From an uncultured Bacteroidota bacterium (GTDB lineage: Bacteria; Bacteroidota; Bacteroidia; Flavobacteriales; Flavobacteriaceae): a stretch of DNA of 64,000 nucleotides. Of the stretch, positions 49,392-59,047 are shown one piece after another. Below the pieces are notes generated by a model, which was given only the letters and a program-made list of their open reading frames with translations, searched no databases and was not told the origin of the DNA. The first letter of the stretch is position 1. Each line of letters begins with the position of its first letter. The translations under genes and the position numbers were made by a program. The stretch lies in NCBI GenBank assembly GCA_902577515.1, contig CACGZJ010000003.1, positions 32,418 through 96,417 on the forward strand. The letters run 5' to 3'.

Positions 49392-51044
49392 GTGAAGAAA
49401 AAGGGCCCAAACTTTATAGAGCAAATTATAGACGGAGATATTTCTAGGGGGTTTAAAAAAGAGGACCTAAGATTTAGGTTTCCTCCAGAGCCAAACGGCT
49501 ATCTGCACATCGGCCACCTTAAAGCAATCTGTTTAAATTTTAATCTTGGAGAAAAATATGGAGCCCCAGTAAACCTAAGGTTTGATGATACAAACCCAGA
49601 AAAAGAAGCGAAAGAGTATGTTGACGCTATCAAAAACGATATTCTTTGGCTAGGATATAAGTGGAATAAAGAGTGCTATGCTTCTGATTATTTTGAACAG
49701 CTTTATAATTGGGCAATTGTGCTTATAGAAAAAGATCTTGCCTACATTGACTCGCAGTCATCAGAGGAAATAGCAAACCAAAAAGGTACTCCCACAAAAG
49801 ATGGTAAAGCAAGCCCCTATAGAGACAGGGACAAAGAAGAAAGCCTTAAGATCTTTAAAGAAATGCACAATGGAGACCACAAACAAGGAGAACACGTATT
49901 AAGAGCAAAAATTAACATGTCTTCACCAAACATGTTAATGAGAGACCCGGTTGTTTACAGAGCAATGGAGGCAAAACACCACAGAACAGGAGACGCCTGG
50001 AAGATATACCCTATGTATGATTGGACACATGGAGAGTCTGACTACATAGAACAAGTGTCACACTCACTATGTACTCTTGAGTTTGAGCCTCACCGCGAGC
50101 TCTACGATTGGTTTCTAGACTCCATTAGCCCTCTAAAGGGAATTAGGCCAAAGCAAAGAGAGTTTTCAAGGCTTAACCTTTCTTATACCATAACCAGCAA
50201 ACGGAACCTTGCAAAACTAGTAGAAGAAGGGGTTGTTGAAGGTTGGGACGATCCAAGAATGCCAACAATTTCTGGCTTAAGAAACAGGGGTTATACCCCA
50301 GAATCTTTAAAATCATTTGCCTTAACAGTTGGAGTTTCAAAAAGAGAAAACGTAATTGATGTTTCTTTATTAGAGTATTGTGTAAGGACACACCTGAATG
50401 AAGAGGCTCCAAGAGCTATGGCTGTTTTAGACCCTTTAAAAATCTCAATTATAAACTACAAAGAAAATAATGAGGAGAGTGTAAACTTCGATATAAACCC
50501 CCAAAAGCCTGGTCAAGGAAAAAGAGAGATTTTGTTTTCAAAGAACATTTACATCGAAAGAGAAGATTTTCAAGAAAACCCAGAAGAAGGGTTTTTTAGG
50601 CTCTCACCAGGAGAGGAAGTAAGGCTTAAAAATGCATATATAATTAAAGCAAAAAACATCATTAAAAACGAAGAAGGTCAAATTACAGAAGTCGAGTGTG
50701 AGTATGATGAAAAAAGTAAAAGCGGATCAAATACAGAAGAGAGCAACAGAAAGGTAAAGGCTACAATTCATTGGGTTTCTGCAGAAACAGCAGTAGAAGC
50801 AACTATAAATGTTTACGATAGACTTTTTAAAGTTCCGGAGCCAGGAAAGTCTCAAGATTTTTTAAGCGAGGTTAACGAAAACTCCTTAGAAATAAAAAGT
50901 GCAAAAGTAGAGCCTTATCTTGCTGGCTCAGAAGACGGAGACCACTTCCAGTTTCAAAGATCAGGATATTTCGTTAGAACTAACAATAAAAAAACCCTAG
51001 AGTTTAACAAAACAGTAGGGTTAAGAGACGGTTGGAAGAAATAG
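49392..51044 (+). CDS. glnS: glutamine--tRNA ligase
   Basis: 550 aa. RFPPEPNGYLHIGH (the HIGH motif), a KMSKS-like TSKR region, and a C-terminal anticodon-binding barrel. Confidence 0.94.
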   Translation: MKKKGPNFIEQIIDGDISRGFKKEDLRFRFPPEPNGYLHIGHLKAICLNFNLGEKYGAPVNLRFDDTNPEKEAKEYVDAIKNDILWLGYKWNKECYASDYFEQLYNWAIVLIEKDLAYIDSQSSEEIANQKGTPTKDGKASPYRDRDKEESLKIFKEMHNGDHKQGEHVLRAKINMSSPNMLMRDPVVYRAMEAKHHRTGDAWKIYPMYDWTHGESDYIEQVSHSLCTLEFEPHRELYDWFLDSISPLKGIRPKQREFSRLNLSYTITSKRNLAKLVEEGVVEGWDDPRMPTISGLRNRGYTPESLKSFALTVGVSKRENVIDVSLLEYCVRTHLNEEAPRAMAVLDPLKISIINYKENNEESVNFDINPQKPGQGKREILFSKNIYIEREDFQENPEEGFFRLSPGEEVRLKNAYIIKAKNIIKNEEGQITEVECEYDEKSKSGSNTEESNRKVKATIHWVSAETAVEATINVYDRLFKVPEPGKSQDFLSEVNENSLEIKSAKVEPYLAGSEDGDHFQFQRSGYFVRTNNKKTLEFNKTVGLRDGWKK

Positions 51045-52055
51045 TTAAACTACCTCATCCTCACCTTCAAAATTGTCAACAGGAGGATCATCAAACTGAG
51101 GGGGTTCTTGCTTAGCTTCCTCCGCATCACTCTTAGCAGACTTTATGTTTTCTTTTTGCATAGCCTCCCCTATTTTGCTACTAGCTGTAAAAGCAGCAAC
51201 CATATCATTTAGCATTGTGCTTCCAGCTTGTGGTGAATTAGGAAGAAGGATTAAATTAGAGTTAGTTTCCCCACCAATTGACTGTAGTGTGTCATAGTGT
51301 TGTGTAACAACTATTAATGCTGAAGCTTCTTGCGAGTTTATCCCAACCGATCCTAAAGTTCCAACTGAGTCCTCAATACCTTTAGCTATTTCCCTTCTCT
51401 GGTCTGCAATACCTTGTCCTTGAAGTCTTTTACTTTCAGCTTCAGCTTTTGCCTTTTCTACAATTAAAATTCTTGCAGCATCTCCTTCATATTGAGCAGC
51501 TGTTTTTTCTCTATCAGCTGCATTAATTCTGTTCATTGCTCTTTTAACCTCAGCGTCCGGCTCAATATCTGTAACAAGTGCTTTAACAATAAAGTACCCA
51601 TATTCTTCCATAGCGTCTCCTAATGATTGTTTCACAGCAACAGCTATGTCGTCTTGTTTTGAAAAAACATCATCAAGCTTCATTTTTGGAACCTGTGAAC
51701 GAATTAAATCAAATACATATGATGTGATTTGATCTTGTGGAAAATCTAATTTATAAAAGGCATCAAAAACTTTTGATTCTACCACTCTGTATTGAACAGA
51801 AACTTTAAGCTTAACAAACACATCATCACTAGTTTTTGTTTCTACAACTACGTCAAGTTGTAAAACCTTCAAACTTAATCTTCCGGCGATTCTATCAACC
51901 AAAGGAATCTTAACCTGAATTCCAGGTTTTCTAACAGATTGAAATTTACCAAATCTCTCAACGATTGCCGCTGATTGTTGTCTTACAATAAAGATGGTTG
52001 AGATAAGGACGAAAAAAAGAAATAATATTATTAAGGGTGTTGTAAATATGCTCAT
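51045..52055 (-). CDS. SPFH/band-7 domain membrane protein
   Basis: 336 aa. N-terminal TM, prohibitin-like core, Ala/Glu-rich coiled coil and an acidic tail. Its stop abuts the glnS stop with a 0-nt gap. Confidence 0.85.
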   Translation of the reverse strand: MSIFTTPLIILFLFFVLISTIFIVRQQSAAIVERFGKFQSVRKPGIQVKIPLVDRIAGRLSLKVLQLDVVVETKTSDDVFVKLKVSVQYRVVESKVFDAFYKLDFPQDQITSYVFDLIRSQVPKMKLDDVFSKQDDIAVAVKQSLGDAMEEYGYFIVKALVTDIEPDAEVKRAMNRINAADREKTAAQYEGDAARILIVEKAKAEAESKRLQGQGIADQRREIAKGIEDSVGTLGSVGINSQEASALIVVTQHYDTLQSIGGETNSNLILLPNSPQAGSTMLNDMVAAFTASSKIGEAMQKENIKSAKSDAEEAKQEPPQFDDPPVDNFEGEDEVV

Positions 52056-52057
52056 AG

Positions 52058-53506
52058 TTAAATTTTGTTAATTAAGTTTTCAATTCTTTGAAGTGTTTCC
52101 TCTGGTCCAATAAAATCTATAATCTTAAATAAATCAGGTCCAGAAAGACTTCCAACCAAAGAAAGTCTTAGTGTTTTCATGATATTTCCAAAAGAAATAT
52201 TGTTTTCTGCTCCAAACTTCATAAGCTCATTTTTAAGTTCAAAAGGACTGCCAACAAACTCACTGTTGAATTTACAAAAATTTAAAACACTAAATATTAC
52301 CTCTCTGTTAATTTTTTCAATTGCTGACACATCAATCTCCTTAGGCTGCTTAATAAAAACTGAAAGCTCTTTATCAATGTCTTTGGTGGTGTTTAATCTC
52401 TCTTTAACTAACTCAATAATCTCTATAGCTTCCGTCTCGCTATATTTTTCAACCAGCAATTTTTTTGTTTGCCCAGAGAGGTCTAATATTCTTTTAGATT
52501 CAAGATCTTTTAAATGCAGGTGATTAATCCATAGCGCTTTTTTAAAATCAAATCGAGCTCCTGATTTGTTTATTTCCTCATAACTAAAAGACTCAACCAG
52601 CTCTTCCATTGTATACCTCTCCTTTTCTTCTTTGTTGCTCCAACCCAAAAGTGCCAGGTAATTATTAAGACCTTCAGGAATGAAACCGTGTTCTTTAAAT
52701 CCATTAGAGTCTTCCCATTTAACAGCAAAAATAGGGTGTCCTTGTTCGTCTGCATCTCTTTTTGAAAGCTTCCCCGCTCCACTAGTTTTTAAAATTAAAG
52801 GGAGGTGATAAAATTTAGGAGGCTTCCATCCAAAAAACTCATAAAGGAGATAATGAACAGGAAGCGACGAGAGCCACTCTTCACCTCTAACCACTGATGT
52901 TATTTTCATATCATTATCGTCAACAACATTTGCTAAATGATAGGTTGGCATTCCATCAGACTTAAGAATAACTTTGTCTTCTAGTTCATTGGAATCAAAT
53001 GTTAATTCTCCGCGTATCTCATCGAAAGCAGATATTTTTTTATTTTCTGGAATAGCTAGCCTTACCACATACCTACCCTCTTCTACTCTTTTTTTTCTTT
53101 CTTCTTCAGACACTGTAAAAGAGTTGTTAAGCCTCATTCTTGTTTTTACATTGTATTTAAAATCTATTCCCCCAGCTTCTCTAGCGCTATCAAGATCTTC
53201 TTGAGAGTCAAATGCGTAGTAAGCATTTCCTTGCTTTAATAATTTGTCTACCTGTTTTTTATAAAGCTTGGATCTCTTGCTTTGTCTAATAGGACCTTCG
53301 TCAACTTGAAGTCCCAGCCATTCAAGAGAATCAATTATATGTTTCTCAGCACCATCGACAGTTCTCTTGCTGTCAGTATCTTCAATTCTTAATATGAATT
53401 TGCCTCCGCTTTTTTTTGCTATCAAATAATTAAAAAGAGCTGTCCTTACTCCCCCAATATGTAGGGGGCCGGTTGGGCTTGGTGCAAACCTTGCTCTTTC
53501 TCTCAT
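52058..53506 (-). CDS. gltX: glutamate--tRNA ligase
   Basis: 482 aa. RFAPSPTGPLHIGGVRTA and a KLSKR motif. Confidence 0.94.
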   Translation of the reverse strand: MRERARFAPSPTGPLHIGGVRTALFNYLIAKKSGGKFILRIEDTDSKRTVDGAEKHIIDSLEWLGLQVDEGPIRQSKRSKLYKKQVDKLLKQGNAYYAFDSQEDLDSAREAGGIDFKYNVKTRMRLNNSFTVSEEERKKRVEEGRYVVRLAIPENKKISAFDEIRGELTFDSNELEDKVILKSDGMPTYHLANVVDDNDMKITSVVRGEEWLSSLPVHYLLYEFFGWKPPKFYHLPLILKTSGAGKLSKRDADEQGHPIFAVKWEDSNGFKEHGFIPEGLNNYLALLGWSNKEEKERYTMEELVESFSYEEINKSGARFDFKKALWINHLHLKDLESKRILDLSGQTKKLLVEKYSETEAIEIIELVKERLNTTKDIDKELSVFIKQPKEIDVSAIEKINREVIFSVLNFCKFNSEFVGSPFELKNELMKFGAENNISFGNIMKTLRLSLVGSLSGPDLFKIIDFIGPEETLQRIENLINKI

Positions 53507-53510
53507 AGTT

Positions 53511-53518
53511 CAAATATA
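53511..53518 (-). promoter_or_regulatory. -7 box TATATTTG (minus strand), 4 nt from the gltX ATG
   Basis: Plus strand reads caaatata. Only 53507-53510 separate it from the start codon. Confidence 0.6.
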
Positions 53519-53561
53519 ACACCATATTCAACGTTTTAGAAATTATACCCTATAATTGATT

Positions 53562-53569
53562 TATATTTG
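53562..53569 (+). promoter_or_regulatory. -7 box TATATTTG, 7 nt from the ybeY ATG
   Basis: The track's TTG start at 53556 lies upstream of this box. The ATG at 53577 follows it. Confidence 0.55.
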
Positions 53570-53576
53570 TCAAATT

Positions 53577-53999
53577 ATGCATGATATTAAAATAAATGGA
53601 GCAAAAAATAAGCTTTTTGATACTAAGCGTGTATCACAAAAGCTAATTGATTTTGCAACAGAAGAGGGGTTTAAAATTGACAGACTTGAATATAATTTTG
53701 TCGATTCAGAGAAGATGTACGCTCTAAACAAAGATTTTTTAAATCATGACACCGATACTGATATAATTACTTTTGATTACTCTAAATCAAAAACAATAAT
53801 AGCAGAGGTTTTCATTTCAAGTGAAATGATGATAAAAAATGCATCTGAAAACACGCAAAGCATTGAAAATGAGTTTTTTAGACTTCTTTCCCATGGCTTG
53901 TTACATTGCATGGGTTATAAAGATAATACGCTTGAAGAGAAGGCGATAATGAGAAAAAAAGAAGAAGAGTTTATCTTTGCTGTTTCACGTGAAACATAA
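53577..53999 (+). CDS. ybeY: rRNA maturation endoribonuclease YbeY
   Basis: Metal-binding motif HGLLHCMGYKD. I start it at the ATG at 53577 (MHDIKING). Confidence 0.88.
   Translation: MHDIKINGAKNKLFDTKRVSQKLIDFATEEGFKIDRLEYNFVDSEKMYALNKDFLNHDTDTDIITFDYSKSKTIIAEVFISSEMMIKNASENTQSIENEFFRLLSHGLLHCMGYKDNTLEEKAIMRKKEEEFIFAVSRET
53981..53996. other. parS centromere-like site (TGTTTCACGTGAAACA)
   Basis: A perfect 16-bp palindrome matching the ParB/Spo0J site consensus TGTTNCACGTGAAACA. It sits in the last codons of ybeY, 6 nt before the mnmG ATG. Confidence 0.8.
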
Positions 54000-54002
54000 A
54001 TT

Positions 54003-55874
54003 ATGTTTGAATCTAAATATGATGTTATAGTTGTAGGAGGTGGCCATGCGGGAGCAGAAGCTGCTGCGGCATCAGCAAATCTTGGAGCAAAGACACTTCT
54101 TGTAACAATGAACCTTCAAACCATTGGCCAAATGTCATGTAATCCTGCTATGGGGGGTATTGCCAAAGGTCAGATTGTGAGAGAAATTGATGCGCTTGGA
54201 GGATACAGTGGAGTTGTTTCTGATTTAACTGCGATTCAATTCAAGATGCTTAATAAATCTAAAGGTCCAGCTATGTGGAGCCCAAGAGTTCAGTCGGATA
54301 GAGCTCAATTTGCCTTAAAATGGAGGGAGATGCTAGAGAAGACTCCAAATTTAGATTTTTATCAGGACATGGTTGTTGGGTTGATAGTTAAAAACAATAA
54401 AATTAAGGGGGTTAAAACAGGTCTTGGTAATAATGTTTTTTCTAAATCGGTTATTTTAACCAACGGTACTTTTTTAAATGGATTAATTCATGTTGGAGAA
54501 AAAAACTTTGGAGGCGGAAGGGTTGGAGAGAAGTCTTCTACAGGAATAACGTCTGACCTTGAGTCATATGGTTTTGTTTCAGGAAGGATGAAAACAGGTA
54601 CCCCACCCAGAGTAGATGGACGATCTCTAGATTATTCCGTTATGGAAGAACAGCCAGGGGATGAAGTGCCGGCAAAATTTAGTTTTCTTGAGGAGATTAA
54701 GCCTCTTAAAGATCAAACGAGTTGTTATATAACCTATACAAATTCACATGTCCACGATATTATGGCAGATTCTTTTGATAGATCGCCAATGTTTAATGGA
54801 AAAATTAACAGCACAGGCCCAAGATACTGTCCATCAATTGAAGATAAGATTCATAGGTTTTCAGATAAAGATCGTCATCAAATTTTTGTTGAGCCTGAGG
54901 GTCTTAATACTGTTGAGGTATATGTAAACGGTTTTTCTACATCAATGCCTGAGGACGTTCAATATTCAGCAATAAAAAAAATACCAGGTTTTGAAAATGT
55001 AAAATTTTTCAGACCAGGTTATGCAATTGAGTATGATTACTTCCCCCCAACTCAGTTAACCTTAACACTTGAAACAAAAATCATAGAGAATTTGTTTTTT
55101 GCTGGACAAATTAACGGAACAACAGGTTATGAAGAGGCTGCAGCACAAGGATTGATGGCAGGGATTAATGCCGCAGCAAAAGTTTTTTCAAAAGATTCAT
55201 TGGTTCTTACAAGGAGCGAAGCTTATATAGGAGTATTAATTGATGATCTAATTACGAAAGGAACAGAAGAACCATATAGGATGTTTACCTCTCGAGCTGA
55301 GTATAGAACTCTTTTAAGACAAGATAATGCTGATATAAGACTAACAGAAAAGTCTTTCAATATTGGCCTTGCATCTAAAAAAAGATTTGATAGAATACAG
55401 AATAAACAAGACAAAGTCAAAGACTATGTAGAATTCTTTGAAAAAACAAGCTATGAATTAGATGAAGTTAACCCGATATTAAAATCTGTAGGCTACGAGG
55501 CTGTTCCTCAAAAAGCCAAACTGGCTAAAATGTATGCTAGGCCTAATATTAAAAAAGATCATATGGTCTCTTTAGCTTCTGTTAAAGATTACATTGAAAA
55601 GAATTCTCTAGATGTTGAAATTATCGAGCAGGCAGAAATTCAGATAAAATACAGGGGATACATTGAAAAAGAAAAAAATAATGCTGACAAGCTTCAGAGG
55701 TTAGAAGACATTAAAATCCCAAAACACTTTGATTATGACTCTCTTGCTTCATTATCTTTTGAGGCAAAAGAAAAATTAAACTCTATTAAACCAAGCACCT
55801 TATCCCAAGCCTCGAGAATTAGCGGAATTAATCCAAGTGATATTAGCGTTCTTTTGGTTAAGATGGGTAGATAA
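54003..55874 (+). CDS. mnmG: tRNA uridine-5-carboxymethylaminomethyl synthesis enzyme MnmG (GidA)
   Basis: 623 aa. YDVIVVGGGHAGAEAA FAD motif and GPRYCPSIEDK. Confidence 0.95.
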   Translation: MFESKYDVIVVGGGHAGAEAAAASANLGAKTLLVTMNLQTIGQMSCNPAMGGIAKGQIVREIDALGGYSGVVSDLTAIQFKMLNKSKGPAMWSPRVQSDRAQFALKWREMLEKTPNLDFYQDMVVGLIVKNNKIKGVKTGLGNNVFSKSVILTNGTFLNGLIHVGEKNFGGGRVGEKSSTGITSDLESYGFVSGRMKTGTPPRVDGRSLDYSVMEEQPGDEVPAKFSFLEEIKPLKDQTSCYITYTNSHVHDIMADSFDRSPMFNGKINSTGPRYCPSIEDKIHRFSDKDRHQIFVEPEGLNTVEVYVNGFSTSMPEDVQYSAIKKIPGFENVKFFRPGYAIEYDYFPPTQLTLTLETKIIENLFFAGQINGTTGYEEAAAQGLMAGINAAAKVFSKDSLVLTRSEAYIGVLIDDLITKGTEEPYRMFTSRAEYRTLLRQDNADIRLTEKSFNIGLASKKRFDRIQNKQDKVKDYVEFFEKTSYELDEVNPILKSVGYEAVPQKAKLAKMYARPNIKKDHMVSLASVKDYIEKNSLDVEIIEQAEIQIKYRGYIEKEKNNADKLQRLEDIKIPKHFDYDSLASLSFEAKEKLNSIKPSTLSQASRISGINPSDISVLLVKMGR

Positions 55875-56711
55875 TTGTTCCACGTGAAACAGATCTTTAA
55901 AAAAGACCATAAACACTTTAAAGTAAAAGACTATATAAAGTCAGGTGATCTTTTTCAACTATATAAAGACAATAATTCTGGAATAGTTTGGACCTCTTTA
56001 GATAAGAATCATAATCATGAGTATTATTACTTGTCTGAAAAATATATTCCTCATAAAGAAAAAAAGGGTTTTTTTGGCTTTTTATATTTATTTGTTCAAA
56101 AGATCATGTTTAGATACAAATTAAATAATCTAAAAAATCACATTAACAAAAACAAGACAGTTTTAGATTATGGTTCAGGAGATGGTAGGTTTGCAGAATA
56201 TTTAAACCAACTACATATTAAAACAATGACCTACGACCCCCTTGTAAAGAAATTAGATGAATCAGAGCCACATGGTTATCAAACACTTGAAAATCAGGTA
56301 GATACACTAATGATGTGGCACGTACTTGAGCATATACCAGATCTAGAATCATCGATTAAACCAATATATAATTCTATAAAAAACAAAGGATCTTTGGTAA
56401 TTGCTGTACCAAACATCGACAGCTTTGACTCAAAGCATTACAAAGAGTGCTGGGCAGGCTTCGATGTCCCTCGTCATCTCTATCATTTTAATCATGAAAG
56501 CTTAATTAACTTTATAGAAAAGCAAGGTTTTGTTTATAATTATAGGAAACCATTAATTTTTGATTCTTTTTATGTTTCTATTTTATCAGAAAAAAACAGG
56601 AATAGTCCATTTAGCATATTGATTGGATTGACTATAGGGTTAATATCAAACTTTTTCGCACTTTTTTCTACTAACTATTCCTCGTCATTCTACGTCTTTA
56701 CGAAAGACTAA
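55875..56711 (+). CDS. class I SAM-dependent methyltransferase
   Basis: 278 aa with motif I VLDYGSGDGRF. The start is either the TTG at 55875 or the GTG at 55884; both lie inside parS. Confidence 0.75.
   Translation: MFHVKQIFKKDHKHFKVKDYIKSGDLFQLYKDNNSGIVWTSLDKNHNHEYYYLSEKYIPHKEKKGFFGFLYLFVQKIMFRYKLNNLKNHINKNKTVLDYGSGDGRFAEYLNQLHIKTMTYDPLVKKLDESEPHGYQTLENQVDTLMMWHVLEHIPDLESSIKPIYNSIKNKGSLVIAVPNIDSFDSKHYKECWAGFDVPRHLYHFNHESLINFIEKQGFVYNYRKPLIFDSFYVSILSEKNRNSPFSILIGLTIGLISNFFALFSTNYSSSFYVFTKD
55876..55891. other. parS centromere-like site (TGTTCCACGTGAAACA)
   Basis: Identical to the Bacillus subtilis parS consensus. It starts 1 nt after the mnmG stop and encodes the MFHVKQ N-terminus of the next ORF. 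Confidence 0.8.
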
Positions 56712-57805
56712 ATCTCTTCTTTATTTATAAGTTTAGTAAGGGTAATAGCAAAATTGGTGAATACTATTTTAGAATTTACATTTCTTGAAATTGAATAATT
56801 ACAATCTTCTATTAATGATATTATCTCAATAAGATTGGAGCTGTGTACAAAAGGGGAAAGTTTATCAATTTTAAAATCTGTATTTGAAGAAAAGGATCCC
56901 AAATTCTTGGAACTATAGCTTATCAACATGGCTTCTCTAATAAGATATGAGCAATAGCTTAAAAAATCTTTTTGCTGATCTCTAGAAATAGAGGCTAGTT
57001 TTTCAGACCATTTTGTAAGATCAAGAACTGCAGCTTTACTTTTTTTAGCTAAAAAGGCGAACCTTAAGCATTCAACAAAGTTTTTTTCATGAGATATAGA
57101 ATCAGACTCCTCATCCAAATAACTTATTGATCTCGCAACACTTCCTCTTGATGTATTTACAACTAAATTGTAGTCAACACCAGTAAAATTTTCTTTAATA
57201 TAATTTGTGTGATCTACTTTATTTATTGGACTTAAGTTTGAAATTTGACAACGAGAAATTATAGTTGGGAGAATAGCCTGAATGCTTGATGTAATTAAAA
57301 TAAAGTAAGTATTAACAGGGGGTTCCTCTAGAATTTTTAAGAGCTTATTTGATGTTTGTGGCATCATAGTTTCAGCTCCCCAAAAAACAAAAACTTTGTT
57401 CCCCCCTAAGTATGATTTTAGTGAAGATTTTTTTTGCACCTTTTCAACTTCAGAGACTTTTATTGAGCCTTGAGACACTGTATTTCCTATATAACTTGAC
57501 CATTTTTGATAATCACCAAAAGTGTTTTCTTTTAAAAACGATAACCATTCGGAATAAACATTTTCATCATCTTTTATTGAAGCAAAAGAAGGAAAAGAAA
57601 AATGAAGATCAGGATGATCATAAATATCACCTTGAAAAGAAGAGTCATTTTCTAGAAGAGATTTTGCAATTTCAATAGCTAAATTCAAACCACCATAACC
57701 ATCTCTGTCAACTAAAATTTTTGACTGTGGAAAAGATTTGTTTGTGATAGAATTATAGATTTTTTCTTTTATATGATGTTGTCCTAAAATTCTATCTAAA
57801 TTCAT
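56708..57805 (-). CDS. holB: DNA polymerase III delta' subunit
   Basis: Motifs KLLKILEEPP and ISRCQ. I place the start at the ATG at 57805 (MNLDRILGQ). The track's TTG at 57811 lies inside the -7 box. Confidence 0.85.
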   Translation of the reverse strand: MNLDRILGQHHIKEKIYNSITNKSFPQSKILVDRDGYGGLNLAIEIAKSLLENDSSFQGDIYDHPDLHFSFPSFASIKDDENVYSEWLSFLKENTFGDYQKWSSYIGNTVSQGSIKVSEVEKVQKKSSLKSYLGGNKVFVFWGAETMMPQTSNKLLKILEEPPVNTYFILITSSIQAILPTIISRCQISNLSPINKVDHTNYIKENFTGVDYNLVVNTSRGSVARSISYLDEESDSISHEKNFVECLRFAFLAKKSKAAVLDLTKWSEKLASISRDQQKDFLSYCSYLIREAMLISYSSKNLGSFSSNTDFKIDKLSPFVHSSNLIEIISLIEDCNYSISRNVNSKIVFTNFAITLTKLINKEEI

Positions 57806-57808
57806 ACT

Positions 57809-57816
57809 CAAATATA
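57809..57816 (-). promoter_or_regulatory. -7 box TATATTTG (minus strand), 3 nt from the holB ATG
   Basis: Plus strand reads caaatata. Confidence 0.6.
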
Positions 57817-57826
57817 TATCATATTA

Positions 57827-57834
57827 TATCTTTG
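57827..57834 (+). promoter_or_regulatory. -7 box TATCTTTG
   Basis: Lies 19 nt upstream of the pgk ATG. It shares TATCTTTGTCGA with the lepA promoter. Confidence 0.55.
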
Positions 57835-57853
57835 TCGACAAAATAATATTAAC

Positions 57854-59047
57854 ATGAATCTCTTACAAAATCTAAAACTTAACAATAAGAAAGCTATAAT
57901 TAGAGTCGACTTAAATGTTCCTTTAAACGAAAAAAAAGAGGTTACTGATTATACCAGAATTGAGGCTGTAAAGGAGACGGTCAATTTTGTTATTGATAAT
58001 GGAGGTTCATGTATTTTACTTTCTCATCTAGGAAGGCCTAAAGGAAAAGATGAGAACTTGTCACTTAAAAATATTTTAGGTCCTGTTTCAAAGACTTTAG
58101 ATAAACCTGTTGTTTTTTTTCAAGACTGTATTGGAGAAGAAGCTGAACAAGCAACAAAAAAACTACAACCAGGAGAAATTATATTAATGGAAAACTTACG
58201 ATTTTATAAAGAAGAGACGGATGGAGATAATTTATTTGCAGAAAAACTATCAAGACTTGGAGATCTGTATATAAATGATGCATTTGGAACTTGTCATAGA
58301 GAGCACGCTTCTACTGCTGTAATTGCAAAATACTTTCCTAATGATAAATATGTTGGGAAATTATTACAAAAAGAACTTGAAGCAATCAGTCAAATTGCAG
58401 AACATGGAGAAAAACCAGTTCTTGCAATTTTAGGAGGTGCCAAGGTCTCAAGCAAACTAAATATTTTATATAATCTGATTAAAAAAGTAGATAAAATAAT
58501 TATTGGTGGAGGAATGGCCTACACGTTTATAGCTGCACAGGGAGGAAAAATAGGAGAGTCTTTGATTGAAGAGGATTTGATAGAAAATGCTAAAGAAATT
58601 CTAGAGATTGCAAACAGTTTAGACAAAGAAATTATTACACCTGACGATATAAAAGCGTCAACAGATTTTGACCAGAACGATTTGATTAAAACATTTGATT
58701 CAAATAAGATAGAAAACGGGTGGATGGGCTTAGATATTGGGCCAAAAACTATTGAAAAATTTAATCAAGCAATTTTATCAAGTAAAACAATCTTTTGGAA
58801 TGGTCCTGTAGGTGTTTTTGAAAAAGAAGCTTTTTTAGAAGGGACTAAATCAATTTGTAATTCATTAAAAGAAGCCAAAACCCTAGGTGCGAACGTAATT
58901 GTGGGGGGCGGTGATTCAATCGCAGCACTTAAAAAACTTGGAAAAGAAGATTGGGTTAGCTATATTTCAACAGGAGGAGGTGCTCTTTTGGAAAGCCTAG
59001 AAGGTAAAACTCTTCCTGGAGTTAATGCATTGCTTAATGAGAATTAA
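57854..59047 (+). CDS. pgk: phosphoglycerate kinase
   Basis: 397 aa. RVDLNVP, SHLGRPKG and GGGDS motifs. Confidence 0.95.
   Translation: MNLLQNLKLNNKKAIIRVDLNVPLNEKKEVTDYTRIEAVKETVNFVIDNGGSCILLSHLGRPKGKDENLSLKNILGPVSKTLDKPVVFFQDCIGEEAEQATKKLQPGEIILMENLRFYKEETDGDNLFAEKLSRLGDLYINDAFGTCHREHASTAVIAKYFPNDKYVGKLLQKELEAISQIAEHGEKPVLAILGGAKVSSKLNILYNLIKKVDKIIIGGGMAYTFIAAQGGKIGESLIEEDLIENAKEILEIANSLDKEIITPDDIKASTDFDQNDLIKTFDSNKIENGWMGLDIGPKTIEKFNQAILSSKTIFWNGPVGVFEKEAFLEGTKSICNSLKEAKTLGANVIVGGGDSIAALKKLGKEDWVSYISTGGGALLESLEGKTLPGVNALLNEN

Noticed and set aside
39800-53500. An impression that the 40-53 kb block is more GC-rich, or uses more CTT/GGN codons, than the flanks (possible foreign or chimeric origin)
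   Set aside because: Hand counts of 60-nt samples ranged from 27% to 48% GC on both sides and tracked protein conservation rather than position. I cannot compute windowed GC or codon statistics here, so I make no claim.
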